From the NCBI GenBank assembly GCA_948465665.1, contig CAOJXI010000001.1, positions 1 through 44,535 of the forward strand: a stretch of DNA of 44,535 bases, written 5' to 3'. Positions within the stretch are counted from its first letter, which is position 1. Each line of letters starts with the position of its first letter. Below are positions 26,153-36,049 of the stretch, piece by piece. The notes beneath the pieces were generated by a model. That model did not search any database and was not told the DNA's origin. It saw only the letters and a program-made list of their open reading frames with translations. Position numbers and translations under genes: made by a program. The stretch is from an uncultured Clostridia bacterium (GTDB taxonomy: Bacteria > Bacillota > Clostridia > Oscillospirales > Ruminococcaceae).

Positions 26153-26179
26153 GAAATAAAACAGATAGGAGCAGAGCAG

Positions 26180-27556
26180 ATGAAACTTTGGGCAGGCAGA
26201 TTTTCCAAGGAGGTTGACGGACGGGTAAACGACTTTAATTCGTCAATATCCTTTGATTCCCGTATGTACCGGCAGGATATTGCCGGAAGTATCGCCCATG
26301 CAACCATGTTAGGGGAACAGAACATCATCGCCCCCTCGGAGAGCGAAACAATTATAAAAGGTTTAAAGTCTATCTTGTCTGACCTGGACAGCGGCAAACT
26401 TGCCTTTGACCCAGAAGCAGAAGATATCCATATGTTTATAGAGGCAGAGCTGACTACCCGCATTGGGGATGCAGGAAAGCGCCTGCACACCGCCCGGAGC
26501 CGGAACGACCAGGTTGCGCTGGATATCCGCCTTTACCTGCGGGAAGCAGCTGAGGGACTTATTTCCCAGGTAAAGGAACTGATCCATTCCCTCTGCAATC
26601 AGGCTGAACAGCACACCGAAACGGTTATGCCTGGTTATACCCATTTGCAGCGGGCCCAGCCCATTACCTTTGGGCACCATCTGATGGCATACTGCCAAAT
26701 GCTCCTGCGGGATATTAGCCGACTGGAAGATGCAAAGAACCGAATGAATGTTATGCCTTTGGGAAGCTGCGCTTTGGCAGGGACTACTTATCCCCTGAAC
26801 CGGGAACGTGTGGCGGAACTGCTGGGGTTTTCCTCTGTTACAATGAACAGCCTGGATGGTGTTTCTGACAGGGATTTCTGCATTGAACTGGCTGGTGCTA
26901 TTTCCATTTTGATGATGCACCTTTCCCGTTTGTCGGAGGAGATTATTCTCTGGTGTTCCTGGGAATTTAAATTTATAGAACTGGACGACGCTTTTGCTAC
27001 TGGCTCCAGCATCATGCCCCAGAAGAAAAACCCCGATATTACCGAGCTTGTCCGCGGGAAAACCGGGCGTGTCTACGGGGATTTGAATACCCTCTTAACT
27101 ATGATGAAGGGTCTCCCCCTTGCCTATAACAAGGATATGCAGGAAGATAAGGAAGCTGTTTTCGACGCAGTGGATACAGCGTCTCTATGTCTGAAAACCA
27201 TGATCCCCATGATCGACACCATGAAACCCATCCCCGCCAATATGCGGTGGGCGGCAGCAAAAGGGTTTATCAACGCTACCGACGCGGCGGATTACCTGGC
27301 AAGGAAAGGCGTACCCTTCCGGGATGCTTACAAGATAACAGGTACCCTTGTTGCACAATGTATTGAAAAGGATACAACCTTAGAAGAACTTCCCTTGGAG
27401 GATTACAAAGCCCTCTGTGTGGAATTTGAGGAAGACATTTACCAGGCAATCAGCCTGGAAACCTGTGTAAAGGGCAGGACGGTTGTAGGCGGCCCTGCGC
27501 CGGAACGGGTAAAGGAGCAGATCGCGGCAGTCCGGGCGGCGATATCGGAGGAATAA
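26180..27556 (+). CDS. argH: Argininosuccinate lyase
   Basis: [10 protein letters not shown]..., the fumarate-lyase signature region [12 protein letters not shown], and a length of 458 aa. Confidence 0.95.
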   Translation: MKLWAGRFSKEVDGRVNDFNSSISFDSRMYRQDIAGSIAHATMLGEQNIIAPSESETIIKGLKSILSDLDSGKLAFDPEAEDIHMFIEAELTTRIGDAGKRLHTARSRNDQVALDIRLYLREAAEGLISQVKELIHSLCNQAEQHTETVMPGYTHLQRAQPITFGHHLMAYCQMLLRDISRLEDAKNRMNVMPLGSCALAGTTYPLNRERVAELLGFSSVTMNSLDGVSDRDFCIELAGAISILMMHLSRLSEEIILWCSWEFKFIELDDAFATGSSIMPQKKNPDITELVRGKTGRVYGDLNTLLTMMKGLPLAYNKDMQEDKEAVFDAVDTASLCLKTMIPMIDTMKPIPANMRWAAAKGFINATDAADYLARKGVPFRDAYKITGTLVAQCIEKDTTLEELPLEDYKALCVEFEEDIYQAISLETCVKGRTVVGGPAPERVKEQIAAVRAAISEE

Positions 27557-27571
27557 CAGGAGGAATGACCA

Positions 27572-28516
27572 ATGGCATATAAAATCTTTATTGATGGCAA
27601 AGAGGGCACAACAGGGCTGCAAATATACCAAAGGTTTGAGGGGCGGAAAGACCTGGAGCTTCTCCTTTTAGACGATGACAAACGGAAGGATGCCAACGCC
27701 CGCCGGGAAATGATAAACGCTTCTGACATTACCTTCCTCTGCCTGCCCGATGCGGCGGCAAAAGAGGCGGTTTCCCTGGTGGATAACGACCATGTGCGGA
27801 TTATTGACGCATCCACCGCCCACCGTACCGCCTCTGGCTGGGCTTATGGGTTCCCGGAGCTTTCCAAGGGGCACAGAGAAGCAGTTATTTCTTCTAAAAG
27901 GGTTGCAAATCCCGGCTGTTATGCGTCGGGGTTCCTGTCCATTGTGTACCCGCTGGTGGCAATGGGGATTATGCAGAAGGATTACCCGGTTGTCTGCCAT
28001 GCGGTCAGCGGCTACTCCGGCGGCGGCAAAAAGATGATTGCTAAATATGAAGCAGAGCAAAAGCCCAAAGGATACGACAGCCCCCGGCAGTATGGTTTAA
28101 CTATGAGCCATAAGCACCTGCCGGAAATGCAGAAGGTTCCAGGGCTGGAATACCCGCCGATTTTCAACCCATTGGTAGATGATTTCTACTGCGGTATGGA
28201 AGTAACAGTCCCCTTGCATACCCGGCTCCTGCCAAAGAAAATTACCCCCGCAGAGCTGCACAAATGCCTTTCTGATTACTACACTGGACAGCGTTTTGTA
28301 AAGGTTCTCCCCTTTATGGGGGAAGGGGTGATTGACGACGGGTTCATTGCTGCCAGCGCCCTAGCTGGGACAAACGACATGGAAATTTTCGTTGGTGGAA
28401 ACGATGAACAGATTCTCCTGGTCTCTAGGCTGGACAATCTGGGAAAAGGCGCATCCGGCGCAGCGGTTCAAAATATGAACCTGATGCTGGGATTGGATGA
28501 AGGGACGGGATTATAA
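27572..28516 (+). CDS. argC: N-acetyl-gamma-glutamyl-phosphate reductase (short form)
   Basis: IFIDGKEGTTGLQI..., the active-site region NPGCYASG, and 314 aa. GGAGG RBS. Confidence 0.9.
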   Translation: MAYKIFIDGKEGTTGLQIYQRFEGRKDLELLLLDDDKRKDANARREMINASDITFLCLPDAAAKEAVSLVDNDHVRIIDASTAHRTASGWAYGFPELSKGHREAVISSKRVANPGCYASGFLSIVYPLVAMGIMQKDYPVVCHAVSGYSGGGKKMIAKYEAEQKPKGYDSPRQYGLTMSHKHLPEMQKVPGLEYPPIFNPLVDDFYCGMEVTVPLHTRLLPKKITPAELHKCLSDYYTGQRFVKVLPFMGEGVIDDGFIAASALAGTNDMEIFVGGNDEQILLVSRLDNLGKGASGAAVQNMNLMLGLDEGTGL

Positions 28517-28518
28517 AT

Positions 28519-28866
28519 ATGTCTGGTTTATCTAAGGAAAAGGATATACAGGAATTCATGACGCCGCCAAACCATAAGAGATTTTCCGCGAAAAAACTTT
28601 TTGACGAAAGTGGGAAAATTAAATGGGGAGCCATCGCCTATATTGAAAAGGGCGGCGGAGGCCCGCAGGGAAACCACACCCACAGTGACAACCATATTTT
28701 TATTGTAACTGACGGCGAGGTAAAAGTCGTAATGGGGGACAAGGAGTTTATTGTCAGAAAAAACGAGTCGTTCTTTGTTGACGGGATGATACCCCATTCC
28801 ATCTGGAACAATGGCGGACAAACCGCTGTTGTCATTAAGATTTCTGTGGAAAGGGAAGGGGTATGA
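28519..28866 (+). CDS. Cupin domain protein embedded in the arg operon
   Basis: GNHTHSDNHIFIVTDGEVKV...FFVDGMIPHSIWN is a two-motif cupin signature (H.H...E ... H). It is tightly packed between argC and argJ. Confidence 0.65.
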   Translation: MSGLSKEKDIQEFMTPPNHKRFSAKKLFDESGKIKWGAIAYIEKGGGGPQGNHTHSDNHIFIVTDGEVKVVMGDKEFIVRKNESFFVDGMIPHSIWNNGGQTAVVIKISVEREGV

Positions 28867-28919
28867 AAGCAATCCCCTTCCTTCAAAAACCAATACTTAC
28901 AAACAGGAGGAAAAGCACT

Positions 28920-30143
28920 ATGTCCAGCTTAACGCCAATTCCCGGCGGCGTATGCGCGCCAAAGGGCTTTAAAGCAGCGGGAATCTGCTGCGGGATACGC
29001 TCCAATAAAACCAAAAACGACCTTTCCCTGATTGTCAGCGACGTTCCCTGCTCTGCCGCCGCTGTCTATACCCAAAACAAGGTGAAGGGCGCACCCATTA
29101 CTGTTACCAAAAAGAACATTGCCGACGGCAAGGCTCAGGCTGTTGTCTGCAACAGCGGCAACGCCAACACCTGCAACGCCGACGGCATTGAAATAGCCGA
29201 AAAAATGTGTCGGATTGCCGCCGAAGCTACAGGGTTAAAGGCAGAGGATTTTGTCATTGGCTCCACTGGCGTTATCGGCCAGCCCCTTCCCATCCAGCCT
29301 ATTGCCGACGGGATGCCCAAGCTGGCTGCTGCGCTTTCTTATGAAGGTTCTGACAGCGCAGCATGGGGTATTATGACAACTGATACTGTTAAAAAAGAAT
29401 ATGGCGTTTCCTTTACCGTTGGCGGGAAAACCTGCTCTATGGGCGCGATTGCCAAAGGCTCCGGCATGATTCACCCCAATATGGCTACTATGCTGGCGTT
29501 TATCACCACCGACGCGGCCATCAGCCCTGCAATGCTCCAGAAAGCACTTTCCGAAGATATTGTAGATACCTTTAATATGGTCAGTGTGGATGGGGACACC
29601 TCCACCAATGATACGGTCGCCATCCTTGCCAACGGCATGGCTGGGAATGAAGAAATCACTGGTACGGGCGCGGATTATGACGCTTTCGCGGAAGCCCTCC
29701 ACTACATCACCGTTTCCCTTTCAAGAGGAATCGCCGGGGACGGCGAAGGGGCTACCAAATTGTTAGAGTGCCGCGTTACCGGTGCACCCGATAAGCAAAC
29801 CGCCCGTATTGTGGCTAAGTCGGTGATTACTTCCAGCCTGTTTAAAGCCGCCATGTTTGGCGAAGACGCTAACTGGGGACGGGTGCTGTGCGCCATCGGA
29901 TATGCTCCCGCCGATTTTGATATTAACAAGGTTGCCGTTTCCCTCAGCTCGGAAAAGGGTGAAATCGCGGTCTGCAAAGACGGCTCCGGCGTGGAGTTTT
30001 CCGAGGAAAAAGCCGCGGAGGTTTTAAGCGCAAAGGAAATTATTATCTCGGTTACATTGGGCGAGGGAACCGGCGAAGCGGTTGCCTGGGGCTGTGACCT
30101 GACCTATGATTATGTGAAAATCAACGGGGATTACCGGACTTGA
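28920..30143 (+). CDS. argJ: Bifunctional glutamate N-acetyltransferase / amino-acid acetyltransferase
   Basis: PKGFKAAG..CGIR, the autoprocessing region ATMLAFITTDA and DGDTSTND. GGAGG lies 10 nt upstream of the ATG at 28920. The track ORF start at 28863 is an upstream extension. Confidence 0.9.
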   Translation: MSSLTPIPGGVCAPKGFKAAGICCGIRSNKTKNDLSLIVSDVPCSAAAVYTQNKVKGAPITVTKKNIADGKAQAVVCNSGNANTCNADGIEIAEKMCRIAAEATGLKAEDFVIGSTGVIGQPLPIQPIADGMPKLAAALSYEGSDSAAWGIMTTDTVKKEYGVSFTVGGKTCSMGAIAKGSGMIHPNMATMLAFITTDAAISPAMLQKALSEDIVDTFNMVSVDGDTSTNDTVAILANGMAGNEEITGTGADYDAFAEALHYITVSLSRGIAGDGEGATKLLECRVTGAPDKQTARIVAKSVITSSLFKAAMFGEDANWGRVLCAIGYAPADFDINKVAVSLSSEKGEIAVCKDGSGVEFSEEKAAEVLSAKEIIISVTLGEGTGEAVAWGCDLTYDYVKINGDYRT

Positions 30144-30164
30144 TATAAATTGGGGGAATTGACG

Positions 30165-31022
30165 ATGGAGATTTCCAACGAAATCAAAACGCAGGTGCTT
30201 GTCCAAGCCCTGCCCTATATCCAGAAATACTATAATAAGGTTGTCGTCATTAAATACGGCGGCAATGCCATGATTAACGAAGACCTGAAAAACGCGGTTA
30301 TGAGCGACCTTGTACTGCTCTCCCTGGTGGGGATCAAGGTGGTTCTGGTTCACGGCGGCGGCCCGGAAATTACCGAAATGCTCAAACGTGTAGGCAAAGA
30401 GTCAAAATTCGTCAACGGCTTGCGGTACACCGACGAAGAAACCGCTGAAATTGTCCAAATGGTTCTTGCAGGAAAGATCAACAAAAACCTAGTTTCCCTG
30501 CTCCATCAGCATCAGGGAAAAGCTATGGGGCTTTGCGGCATTGACGGAGCCATGTTCCAGGTGGAAAAACACAAAGGCGACGCAGATTTAGGATTTGTGG
30601 GGGATGTAACAGCGGTTGATACTGCTCCCATCCAGGTGGCTTTGCAAAATGGTTATATTCCGGTTATTTCCACCGTTGGGGCTGACGATCAGGGCAATAT
30701 TTACAACATCAACGCCGACACTGCCGCTGCGCAGATTGCCGCTTCCCTCCACGCGGAAAATCTGATTTTAATGACCGATATTAAAGGGCTTTTGCGGGAT
30801 AAGGACGATGAAAACACTTTAATCCCCTTTGTGCAGGTCAGCGAGGTTCCTTCCCTGATCCGGCAGGGGATTATTTCCGGGGGCATGATCCCCAAAATCG
30901 AGTGCTGCGTGGAATCTGTCCGGCGGGGCGTGAAAAAAGCCGTTATTCTCGACGGGAGAATTGCCCATTCCATCTTAATTGAAATCTTTTCCGATGAAGG
31001 CATTGGAACGATGTTCTATTAA
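30165..31022 (+). CDS. argB: Acetylglutamate kinase
   Basis: VVIKYGGNAM, VLVHGGGPEI and NINADTAA motifs. The ATG at 30165 follows GGGGGA. Confidence 0.9.
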   Translation: MEISNEIKTQVLVQALPYIQKYYNKVVVIKYGGNAMINEDLKNAVMSDLVLLSLVGIKVVLVHGGGPEITEMLKRVGKESKFVNGLRYTDEETAEIVQMVLAGKINKNLVSLLHQHQGKAMGLCGIDGAMFQVEKHKGDADLGFVGDVTAVDTAPIQVALQNGYIPVISTVGADDQGNIYNINADTAAAQIAASLHAENLILMTDIKGLLRDKDDENTLIPFVQVSEVPSLIRQGIISGGMIPKIECCVESVRRGVKKAVILDGRIAHSILIEIFSDEGIGTMFY

Positions 31023-31051
31023 ATTCAAATGATGAAGGGATAATTGCAATT

Positions 31052-32233
31052 ATGGACTTTCAGCAGATTAAAGAAATGGACGCACAATATATAGAAGGCA
31101 CTTATGGCAGGGCTGATGTGTGCATTGCCAAAGGCAAAAACGCCACTGGCTGGGATTTGGACGGCAAAAGTTATATTGATTTTTCCAGCGGCATTGGGGT
31201 CAACTCCCTGGGCTTCTGCGACAATGAATGGTCAAAGGCCGTCGCGGAGCAGGCGCAGACCATGCAGCATATTTCAAACCTGTACTATACCATTCCCGGC
31301 CCCAACGCCGCGAAAAAAATCTGTGAAAAGACCGGCTTTAAAAAGGTCTTTTTCGGAAACTCCGGCGCGGAGGCCAATGAAGGGGCTATTAAAGCGGCCC
31401 GGAAATACAGCTTTGACAAATACGGCGCAGAAGCCGGGCGGAATGAAATTGTCACCCTTATGAATTCCTTCCACGGGCGGACGATTGCAACATTGACCGC
31501 CACCGGGCAGGATGTTTTCCATAATTATTTCTTCCCCTTTGTGGGCGGCTTCCAGTATGCAAAGGCTGGGGATATTGACGATGTGAAACAAAAGGTTTCT
31601 GATAAAACCTGCGCGGTCATGCTGGAGTTTATCCAGGGGGAAGGCGGGGTAATCCCCCAGGATAAAAGCTTTATCCAAAAGCTTTTTGCCTTCTGCCAGT
31701 CAAGGGACATCCTTGTCATTGCCGATGAGGTACAGACGGGCGTAGGACGCACCGGGGAATTCCTCTGCTGTGAAAACTTCGATGTAAAGCCTGATTTGGT
31801 TACGCTGGCAAAGGGGCTTGGCGGCGGCCTGCCGATTGGGGCTGTGCTGTTCGGCGAAAAGGTGGAAAACGTTATGGGGCCCGGCTCCCATGGGACTACT
31901 TTTGGAGCCAACCCGGTTTCCTGCGCTGGGGCTAATGTGGTTCTTGACCGGCTCGACCGGGCGTTTTTGGATTCGGTCAAGGAAAAAGGTGAGTACCTCA
32001 AAGGGAAAATTGAAAAAATGCCCAATGTGAAAAGCGTCACCGGCATGGGCATGATGCTGGGGATTGCACTGGAAAAAAACGATTCTAAAACGGTTGTAGG
32101 CAAGTGTATTGAAAACGGCCTGATCATCCTCACCGCCAAAGAAAAAGTTCGCCTGCTGCCGCCCTTAACCATCACCTATGAGGAAATGGACAAAGGGCTT
32201 GCTGTACTGGAAAAGGTTCTTTCCAACCTATAA
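31052..32233 (+). CDS. argD: Acetylornithine aminotransferase
   Basis: Class III aminotransferase motifs: FGNSGAEANEGAIK, DEVQTGVGRTG, and TLAKGLGGGLPIGA (PLP lysine region). Confidence 0.9.
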   Translation: MDFQQIKEMDAQYIEGTYGRADVCIAKGKNATGWDLDGKSYIDFSSGIGVNSLGFCDNEWSKAVAEQAQTMQHISNLYYTIPGPNAAKKICEKTGFKKVFFGNSGAEANEGAIKAARKYSFDKYGAEAGRNEIVTLMNSFHGRTIATLTATGQDVFHNYFFPFVGGFQYAKAGDIDDVKQKVSDKTCAVMLEFIQGEGGVIPQDKSFIQKLFAFCQSRDILVIADEVQTGVGRTGEFLCCENFDVKPDLVTLAKGLGGGLPIGAVLFGEKVENVMGPGSHGTTFGANPVSCAGANVVLDRLDRAFLDSVKEKGEYLKGKIEKMPNVKSVTGMGMMLGIALEKNDSKTVVGKCIENGLIILTAKEKVRLLPPLTITYEEMDKGLAVLEKVLSNL

Positions 32234-32318
32234 ATTGATAAACATATTGCCAATAGGGAAAAGGCCTCCCGAAAGCCGGGGGACTTTTCTCTATCCAAAA
32301 TTAAGGAGGATATTTATT

Positions 32319-33224
32319 ATGAAACATCTTTTAAAGCTGCTTGACCTCTCCTCTGAGGAGATTATTGAAATCCTGAACCTTGCCGACCAGCTTAAATATG
32401 AACAGAAACACGGCATCCCCCACGAACATTTGAAAGGTATGACCTTGGGGATGATCTTCCAGAAGTCCTCTACCCGTACAAGGGTTTCTTTTGAAGTGGG
32501 AATGTCCCAGTTAGGCGGTTCCGCCCTGTTTTTAAGCTCCCGCGACCTGCAAATCGGCCGCGGCGAACCGGTACAGGATACGGCGCGGGTGCTTTCCCGG
32601 TATCTGGATGGGATCATGATCCGCACCTTTGCGCAAAAAGAGGTGGAGGATTTGGCCGAGTACGGCTCTATCCCCATTATTAACGGTTTGACCGACTTCT
32701 GCCACCCCTGCCAGGTTCTGGCTGATCTTATGACCATCCGGGAGCACAAGGGAAGCCTGCCGGGTTTGAAACTCTGCTTTATCGGGGATGGGAACAACAT
32801 GGCCAATTCCCTGATTGTAGGATGCCTAAAAACCGGGATGAAGGTTTCCATTGCCTGCCCGAAGGATTACCAGCCCGATCCCATTGTGCTGGAATTCGCC
32901 AAGGATAACCCCGATTTCCAACTGACCGATAATGTTTTGGAAGCCGCAAAGGACGCCGACGTTCTGTATACCGACGTTTGGGCTTCCATGGGCCAGGAAG
33001 GTGAATTTGAAACCAGGAAGAAAGCCTTTGAAGGGTTCCAGATTAACGACGCGGTTATGGCTGCGGCGAAATCTGACGCCATGGTTCAGCACTGCCTGCC
33101 CGCTCACCGGGAGGAGGAGATCACCGCCAAGGTGTTCGAGGAACACGCAAACGAAATCTTTGATGAAGCGGAGAACCGGCTCCATGCACAAAAGGCAGTC
33201 ATGGTTAAGCTGATGAAAAAATAA
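32319..33224 (+). CDS. argF: Ornithine carbamoyltransferase
   Basis: FQKSSTRTRVSFE (carbamoyl-phosphate motif), HPCQVLAD and HCLPAHREEE. AAGGAGG lies upstream of the ATG at 32319. The track ORF start at 32178 overlaps argD and is rejected. Confidence 0.9.
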   Translation: MKHLLKLLDLSSEEIIEILNLADQLKYEQKHGIPHEHLKGMTLGMIFQKSSTRTRVSFEVGMSQLGGSALFLSSRDLQIGRGEPVQDTARVLSRYLDGIMIRTFAQKEVEDLAEYGSIPIINGLTDFCHPCQVLADLMTIREHKGSLPGLKLCFIGDGNNMANSLIVGCLKTGMKVSIACPKDYQPDPIVLEFAKDNPDFQLTDNVLEAAKDADVLYTDVWASMGQEGEFETRKKAFEGFQINDAVMAAAKSDAMVQHCLPAHREEEITAKVFEEHANEIFDEAENRLHAQKAVMVKLMKK

Positions 33225-33261
33225 GTTTTTTATAGAGCATTATAAAAAGGATATCGCCCAT

Positions 33262-33312
33262 GGGAGAGGCAACATAAGGAAGTTACCTCTCCCTTCCTAT
33301 TTGCAGGCGAAT
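33262..33312 (+). terminator. Terminator candidate after argF
   Basis: 8-bp GC-rich stem GGGAGAGG/CCTCTCCC followed by TTCCTATTT. Confidence 0.45.
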
Positions 33313-33385
33313 GTGATTGCTTTTGATGTGAAGACGTGCTATATTTTTAAGTAAACAAAGACAATGGAAGTACGGGGGTATTATT

Positions 33386-33940
33386 ATGTTTTGGAAATTA
33401 CGGATAAGACCCGGAGAAGACGAAAGAAACGTATACGCTGAAGCAGATGAATACGGAATTATTTGTAAGCCGCAGGACTTACAGGGCATTACCGAGCGCC
33501 TGGATAAATATATAAAAAAGACAAAAGTGCGTGGAGCAGGTCTGCCAAAATACATTGGACGCAGCCATCTTCTCTCAGGTACCAGTGAAAAATGGTATGA
33601 ATGGGGCATGGGTCTTTCATGCTCAAAGGAAGGACGTTTGAGCAATGAGCAGGGACGATTGTGGTATTTTGAGCTGCTGCCGAATCGGCATTACTATTTG
33701 GAACAAAATACAGCAGAAGAAGTTTATGAATTTCCCGAAAGGAAAGACATCCTGTATTATTTTGTCTTGGTGAAATATTACTGGTATTATGAAGAAGATG
33801 GGAAAATCGTGTACACTGATTCTGATGAAGCCCGAAAAAAGCGGGAAATATTTTTTCAGGGATTATTTGATTGTATTGGATTTCCTGTAGAAACCTTGTA
33901 TACTTATCCTAAAAACTCTAAAGCTCTTTTCGATAAATAG
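33386..33940 (+). CDS. Hypothetical protein
   Basis: 184-aa ORF with GGGGG upstream. No family recognised. Confidence 0.4.
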   Translation: MFWKLRIRPGEDERNVYAEADEYGIICKPQDLQGITERLDKYIKKTKVRGAGLPKYIGRSHLLSGTSEKWYEWGMGLSCSKEGRLSNEQGRLWYFELLPNRHYYLEQNTAEEVYEFPERKDILYYFVLVKYYWYYEEDGKIVYTDSDEARKKREIFFQGLFDCIGFPVETLYTYPKNSKALFDK

Positions 33941-34078
33941 GAAAATTTTAGTTTTTGACAGGGTCGGCTTCCTTATGGGGGTTGCCCGTCAGTATCCTTT
34001 TTCTTTTTTATCAGGAATCTGGAATAAAAAAGCTGGAAAACTGTTTTGTTTGTCTCTGTACAGAAGGAGAGAGGTTTT

Positions 34079-34435
34079 ATGACTGAAATGGAACTGGAAA
34101 AAAAGCTTCTCGAACTGTCGATGCAGCAGGCTCCTGCATCAAAGACGCAAAGAAAAACCGGACGGGAATACCGCCGCCTTCAGTTTATCAGGAAAAACGA
34201 CCGCCTGATGCGGATTGTTGCCAACCGGTACATTCCCCATGCCGGTTATATAACCGGACGCTTTGAGGGAAAAACACTCCTGCACACTGGTAAGTATATT
34301 AAATATCCCAAAAACAGCCGAGCGCAACAGTGGCTCAAGCGCAAGGCTGCAAGAAGTGTGCGAAGGTGCGGCTGCCTTCCAGTAAAGGGAAACCATTACC
34401 GACGGCTGTTTGACTATTGGTGGATGCTGTATTAA
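34079..34435 (+). CDS. Hypothetical basic protein
   Basis: GGAGAGAGG RBS upstream of the ATG at 34079. Arg/Lys-rich 118-aa product ending YRRLFDYWWMLY. No family recognised. Confidence 0.4.
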   Translation: MTEMELEKKLLELSMQQAPASKTQRKTGREYRRLQFIRKNDRLMRIVANRYIPHAGYITGRFEGKTLLHTGKYIKYPKNSRAQQWLKRKAARSVRRCGCLPVKGNHYRRLFDYWWMLY

Positions 34436-34555
34436 GGATTACCCTAATTTTCCAAATCCCACAGTATATAGAACAGTAAACAAAGTGATAGAATCAGAGG
34501 AGGTGCCGGCAGTGGCTGGAGAATTGCTGATGAGCATTAGCCAAAACGAACGTGA

Positions 34556-34590
34556 AAGGACGCTGCCAGCCAGCGTCCTTTTTCTGCTTT
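34556..34590 (+). terminator. Intrinsic terminator
   Basis: AAGGACGCTG-CCAGC-CAGCGTCCTT followed by TTTCTGCTTTT. Confidence 0.6.
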
Positions 34591-34720
34591 TACAAGAGAA
34601 CTCAAGAGATAATTGAACAGCAAAAGGGCAGACTCAAAAACAGGTTGATGGCGTGAAAACGGAAAGTATGCTATACTTTGGCTGTAAGCATGAAGCAGCA
34701 CCAAAAGGGAGGCAACGAGA

Positions 34721-35287
34721 ATGTTTAATATGGCAGAATCCGCAAGCCGGATTAAAAACGCAAGGATCGCCAAAAACCTAACGCAGACAAACATAGCGGA
34801 CGCACTAGGGGTAAGCTATCAGGCTGTTTCTAACTGGGAGCGTGGGAATTCCATGCCGGATATTGGGAAACTGGGGGAACTAAGCGATCTGCTGGAAGTC
34901 AGCATTGAAGATTTACTGGGACATACAAGGGCTTCAAAAACCATTGAAAAGGTAATGCAAAAGGAAAATATGGAAATCAGCCTGCCGGAGCTTTCAGAAA
35001 TATCTCCGGTACTGCCGCCAGATGTTACAGAGCAGTTAGCCGGAGGGCTGAAGGCAAAGGATATAGAAGAACTGGCCATGATCGCTCCATTTGTAAGCAA
35101 AGAAAGGTTGGAGCAGATGGGCGAGGGTCTGAAGGCAGGCAGTATGGAAGATTTGGTCGTGATCGCCCCATTTGTAAGCAAAGAAAGGTTGGAGCAGATG
35201 GGCGAGGGTCTGAAAGTGGGCAGTATAGAAGAACTGTCTATGATTGCCCCGTTTGTAAGCAGGGGATTTCTGGACAAGCTGTTTTGA
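34721..35287 (+). CDS. XRE family HTH protein with a C-terminal tandem-repeat domain
   Basis: IKNARIAKNLTQTNIADALGVSYQAVSNWERGNSMPDIGKL is an HTH_3 motif. The C-terminus carries about 2.6 copies of a 27-aa repeat (IAPFVSKERLEQMGEGLK.GS.E.L). GGGAGG RBS. Confidence 0.75.
   Translation: MFNMAESASRIKNARIAKNLTQTNIADALGVSYQAVSNWERGNSMPDIGKLGELSDLLEVSIEDLLGHTRASKTIEKVMQKENMEISLPELSEISPVLPPDVTEQLAGGLKAKDIEELAMIAPFVSKERLEQMGEGLKAGSMEDLVVIAPFVSKERLEQMGEGLKVGSIEELSMIAPFVSRGFLDKLF
35081..35287 (+). repeat. In-frame 81-nt tandem repeat (about 2.6 copies) inside the XRE gene
   Basis: ATCGC(T/C)CCATTTGTAAGCAAAGAAAGGTTGGAGCAGATGGGCGAGGGTCTGAA recurs at 35081 and 35162, and partially at 35243. Confidence 0.85.
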
Positions 35288-35436
35288 AGCCAGGGCTGTT
35301 TACGGCAAACTGCACAAAAATCCATGTGGCATAATATGCGCACAATTCATAAAATTAGGTAAAAGCAGCAATTTTCATTTGAAAAGCCGCCTAAAAAATG
35401 ATATAATAGCAATATAGAAAAGGAGGCGGCTTTCCA

Positions 35437-35676
35437 ATGAAACGTATCCAATACGCCTGTATTGAAAAAACAATTCACTTCCAGCTTAAGGAGGACATTG
35501 CCCATGACGCGGCAGTCAGCGCAGTAAAACATGAAGTAGATGCTTATAAAAACTCCCTGATTCAAAAGCGCATCAAGCATAAAATCTGCGAGGAAATCCC
35601 CCAGCCGGACGGCTCTGTTGTTATGAAGGTAAAAACACAGTACAATTCCCATCCTACGGGGGATTATCTGGACTGA
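35437..35676 (+). CDS. Hypothetical small protein
   Basis: 79-aa ORF. AGGAGG lies 9 nt upstream of the ATG. Confidence 0.45.
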   Translation: MKRIQYACIEKTIHFQLKEDIAHDAAVSAVKHEVDAYKNSLIQKRIKHKICEEIPQPDGSVVMKVKTQYNSHPTGDYLD

Positions 35677-36049
35677 GCCCAGATAACTGTCCATAAAGTA
35701 CGCTAAAGAGCAAAAGTGTGACATACTCCCGCCTCCTAAGAAGCGGGGGCTTCTCGTTCAAGCACTCTAATGAGTACAGTATCAACGAGCTAACCCCGTG
35801 TGCCCTACGGTTCTCACGAATGACCTTCCATTCGTACCTTGGATATTTTATGCACAGAAGGAAGCTTGGTTTTCGCATTTTATTTCTCTGCGCAACCCCA
35901 TATATCCAGTTGTCAATGTACTTATCATTGTACTTAATATAACAGAAATTTAGGGAAACCGCAATAGGAACGCAATTCATCCCCCCACTTTAGAAGTGGG
36001 GGACTTCTTGCTGGTTTTTGTTAAACGCTTTCGCTCTTATGATTTTCTA

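Noticed and set aside
32178-32318. N-terminal extensions suggested by the ORF track. Examples are argF from 32178, argJ from 28863, the sigma factor to 39970, feoB to 42811, argG from 24679 and argB from 30150.
   Set aside because: Internal ATG codons with well-spaced GGAGG-type RBS match the conserved N-termini of these families. The extensions overlap upstream genes or use non-ATG starts.
33283-33645. 120-aa minus-strand ORF downstream of argF.
   Set aside because: It overlaps the arg terminator and the start of the plus-strand 184-aa ORF. It has no RBS and an implausible composition.
34524-34616. Small ORF (GTG start 8 nt after AGGAGG) encoding ~34 aa.
   Set aside because: It reads straight through a strong intrinsic terminator hairpin (34556-34590). 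This is more likely the 3' UTR of the upstream gene.
35654-35980. 108-aa minus-strand ORF, considered as a transposase (IS200-like) remnant.
   Set aside because: It has no recognisable Y1 or other transposase motifs and no RBS, and its composition is odd. The similarity to ...KYRRKV... motifs was too weak.
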